From an uncultured Gammaproteobacteria bacterium (GTDB taxonomy: Bacteria > Patescibacteriota > Microgenomatia > Levybacterales > GWA1-39-11): a DNA stretch of 43,468 nt. The stretch is taken from assembly GCA_964490835.1 (NCBI GenBank), contig CAZBEA010000003.1, positions 1 through 43,468 of the forward strand, given 5' to 3'. This document shows, in pieces, positions 42,333 through 43,468 of the stretch. The number at the start of each line of letters is the position of its first letter. The first letter of the stretch is position 1. The notes beneath the pieces were generated by a model. The model did no database searches. It was not told the DNA's origin and saw nothing but the letters and a program-made list of their open reading frames with translations. The translations under genes and the position numbers were made by a program.

Positions 42333-42869
42333 TTATCCTTGGAAAAAATCACGCGATTTTATTTTTCGCTCAGCTACCTGATCTATGTACGAGGAAAGGT
42401 CTTGTTCGCTTACAAATGCACGCCGCGCATCCCAAAACCCTAACGCTGTTAGCATTTGGACCTGGAATTCACGGAATAAGTCTTTTTCGACATCATCACG
42501 GCATGCGGAGAGAACCTGATCAAGAAGCGCATATACATCTTCGTGTTTTTGCCATGAACGGGTTAATTTGTCTATTAATTCGCACACCAAAAATCCAAGT
42601 TTTACATTCTCCAAATTTTGTTTTAGTGCAGTTTGGGAATTCAATAATTGAACCTCTGTGAGAACATAATTCGTATGCGATCTTACGGCCTGAAACTCTA
42701 TGTGATTGAGCGGTTCGAGCGATGGCGCTCGTCTTGATGAAATAGACCTCACCCCTCTGGCGAAAACTTCAATTTTGCCACTATTCTTTGTGAACAGGGT
42801 AATAAAGCGGTCTTTTTCTCCCGAATTGATTCGGCGTATTACAAAGGCAGTATCTTTAAGAAAATCCAT
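42333..42869 (-). CDS. recO: DNA repair protein RecO (short form, 178 aa)
   Basis: The N-terminal OB-fold pattern AFVIRRINSGEKDRFITLFTKNSGKIEVFARGVR is followed by a helical region ending ...QVQMLTALGFW. No CxxC zinc finger is present. Confidence 0.7.
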   Translation of the reverse strand: MDFLKDTAFVIRRINSGEKDRFITLFTKNSGKIEVFARGVRSISSRRAPSLEPLNHIEFQAVRSHTNYVLTEVQLLNSQTALKQNLENVKLGFLVCELIDKLTRSWQKHEDVYALLDQVLSACRDDVEKDLFREFQVQMLTALGFWDARRAFVSEQDLSSYIDQVAERKIKSRDFFQG

Positions 42870-43468
42870 TATCGAAGTTTGAGATTTAATTGTTTGTCGG
42901 ATGTAAGATTGAAGGTCTCGACAACTTCTCCATTTACCGATATTTCATATGGAATCTCTGATGTTCCCGGCTGTTTTTGAATCAGAACCGGAAGATCGCT
43001 ATTATCTGCAAGCTTAAATGGAAGCGTGTAGGTATATGTAATTTCCGATTTCCCAAGAGGTTTGACCGTGAAGAATGATTCGTAATATGTTTTACCTAAT
43101 TCCTCTTTCGTCTCAACTTTTACCTCAGATCCCTTGGAAGTATCAAGCGTTGCACCTTCCGGAACATACATTCTTTGGAAGTTTCGAAGCGTTGCATTCA
43201 AGCATAACCCCCCTCTTTCTAAATTACAGTCAGAATGAGGCTGGGGATTTTTGTACGTAATAGTGATCGTTTTTTTAATTTCCCCCGATTCGTTTACTTC
43301 GTAATTAATCGCAACACTTTGCTGTACGTATAAGTTGGATTTTGCCCCTCCAAAGTTAGCGTCATTTATATGAAGATAATCGCCCTCAAATTCTTTTATT
43401 CTTCCGGTCCAATTAAGCCCATCCAACCCCTTTTGTGCTTCTTTGTTAGTCACTGAGAAAAGAATGTG
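42869..43468 (-). CDS. C-terminal part of a larger extracytoplasmic protein, DUF4012-like; the ORF is open to the right window edge
   Basis: The reading frame stays open past the ORF-track GTG at 43453 to nt 43468. The segments NDANFGGAKSNLYVQQS...ITITYKNPQP...RMYVPEGATL...FTVKPLGKSEITYTYTLP resemble the conserved C-terminal third of DUF4012 proteins. Its TAA stop overlaps the recO ATG (TAATG). Confidence 0.5.
   Translation of the reverse strand, partial: HILFSVTNKEAQKGLDGLNWTGRIKEFEGDYLHINDANFGGAKSNLYVQQSVAINYEVNESGEIKKTITITYKNPQPHSDCNLERGGLCLNATLRNFQRMYVPEGATLDTSKGSEVKVETKEELGKTYYESFFTVKPLGKSEITYTYTLPFKLADNSDLPVLIQKQPGTSEIPYEISVNGEVVETFNLTSDKQLNLKLR

Noticed and set aside
1-43468. An alternative genetic code (UGA recoded, as in Gracilibacteria/SR1).
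   Set aside because: TGA serves as the stop in several ATGA gene junctions (5996-5998, 7907-7909, 31480-31482, 33545-33547, 38558-38560). Conserved proteins are also full length under the standard code.
1-43468. CRISPR arrays, transposases/integrases, prophage genes, toxin-antitoxin or known defence-system genes.
   Set aside because: I recognised none on either strand. All intergenic gaps are shorter than about 155 nt and contain no direct-repeat/spacer structure.

Overview
AT-rich, very tightly packed bacterial chromosome segment. It has many ATGA/TAATG start-stop overlaps and uses the standard code, with TGA as a stop. The gene content includes a eukaryote-like type-2 IleS, a class-F-like sortase and a DUF4012-like protein, plus shortened division and Mur proteins. 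This looks like a Candidate Phyla Radiation/Patescibacteria (Microgenomates-like) genome, but that taxonomic call is inference only.

The window falls into four blocks:
- (1) 1-12.1 kb: a surface-glycan locus. It holds an acyltransferase_3 fragment, two polytopic membrane proteins, a SAM methyltransferase, an FdtA/WxcM-like cupin, a sugar C-methyltransferase, an RmlD-like reductase, WecB, DUF218, a DPM1-like GT2, a membrane-anchored SDR epimerase, a GT2 and a GT4.
- (2) 12.1-18.3 kb: tRNA-Val(CAC), lepB, and an ileS-rodA-rplU-rpmA-parB operon.
- (3) 18.3-20.2 kb: an EamA transporter, a 63-aa Pro/Thr/Ser-rich secreted mini-protein, a long hairpin and a sortase.
- (4) 20.2-40.1 kb: a single-strand dcw cluster, followed by a small anchored protein, glyQS, a short recO and a DUF4012-like gene running off the window. 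The dcw order is mraZ-rsmH-ftsL-ftsI-murE-pgeF-murC-murA-(split GlmU-like pair)-alpha/beta hydrolase-murF-DegT-like-FemX-like-mraY-ftsW-murG-ftsQ-like-ftsA-ftsZ.

I saw no CRISPR array, transposase, integrase, phage or recognisable defence genes.

The best candidates for undescribed biology are:
- the accessory module wired into the dcw operon (hydrolase, membrane-fused MurF, DegT-like PLP enzyme, FemX-like transferase);
- the sortase paired with a tiny PxTG-ending mini-protein;
- the C-methyl/keto-isomerase sugar cassette with a possible polyprenol-phosphate/GT-C glycosylation route.

All functional calls come from motif recognition by eye in the translations. None has been checked against a database.
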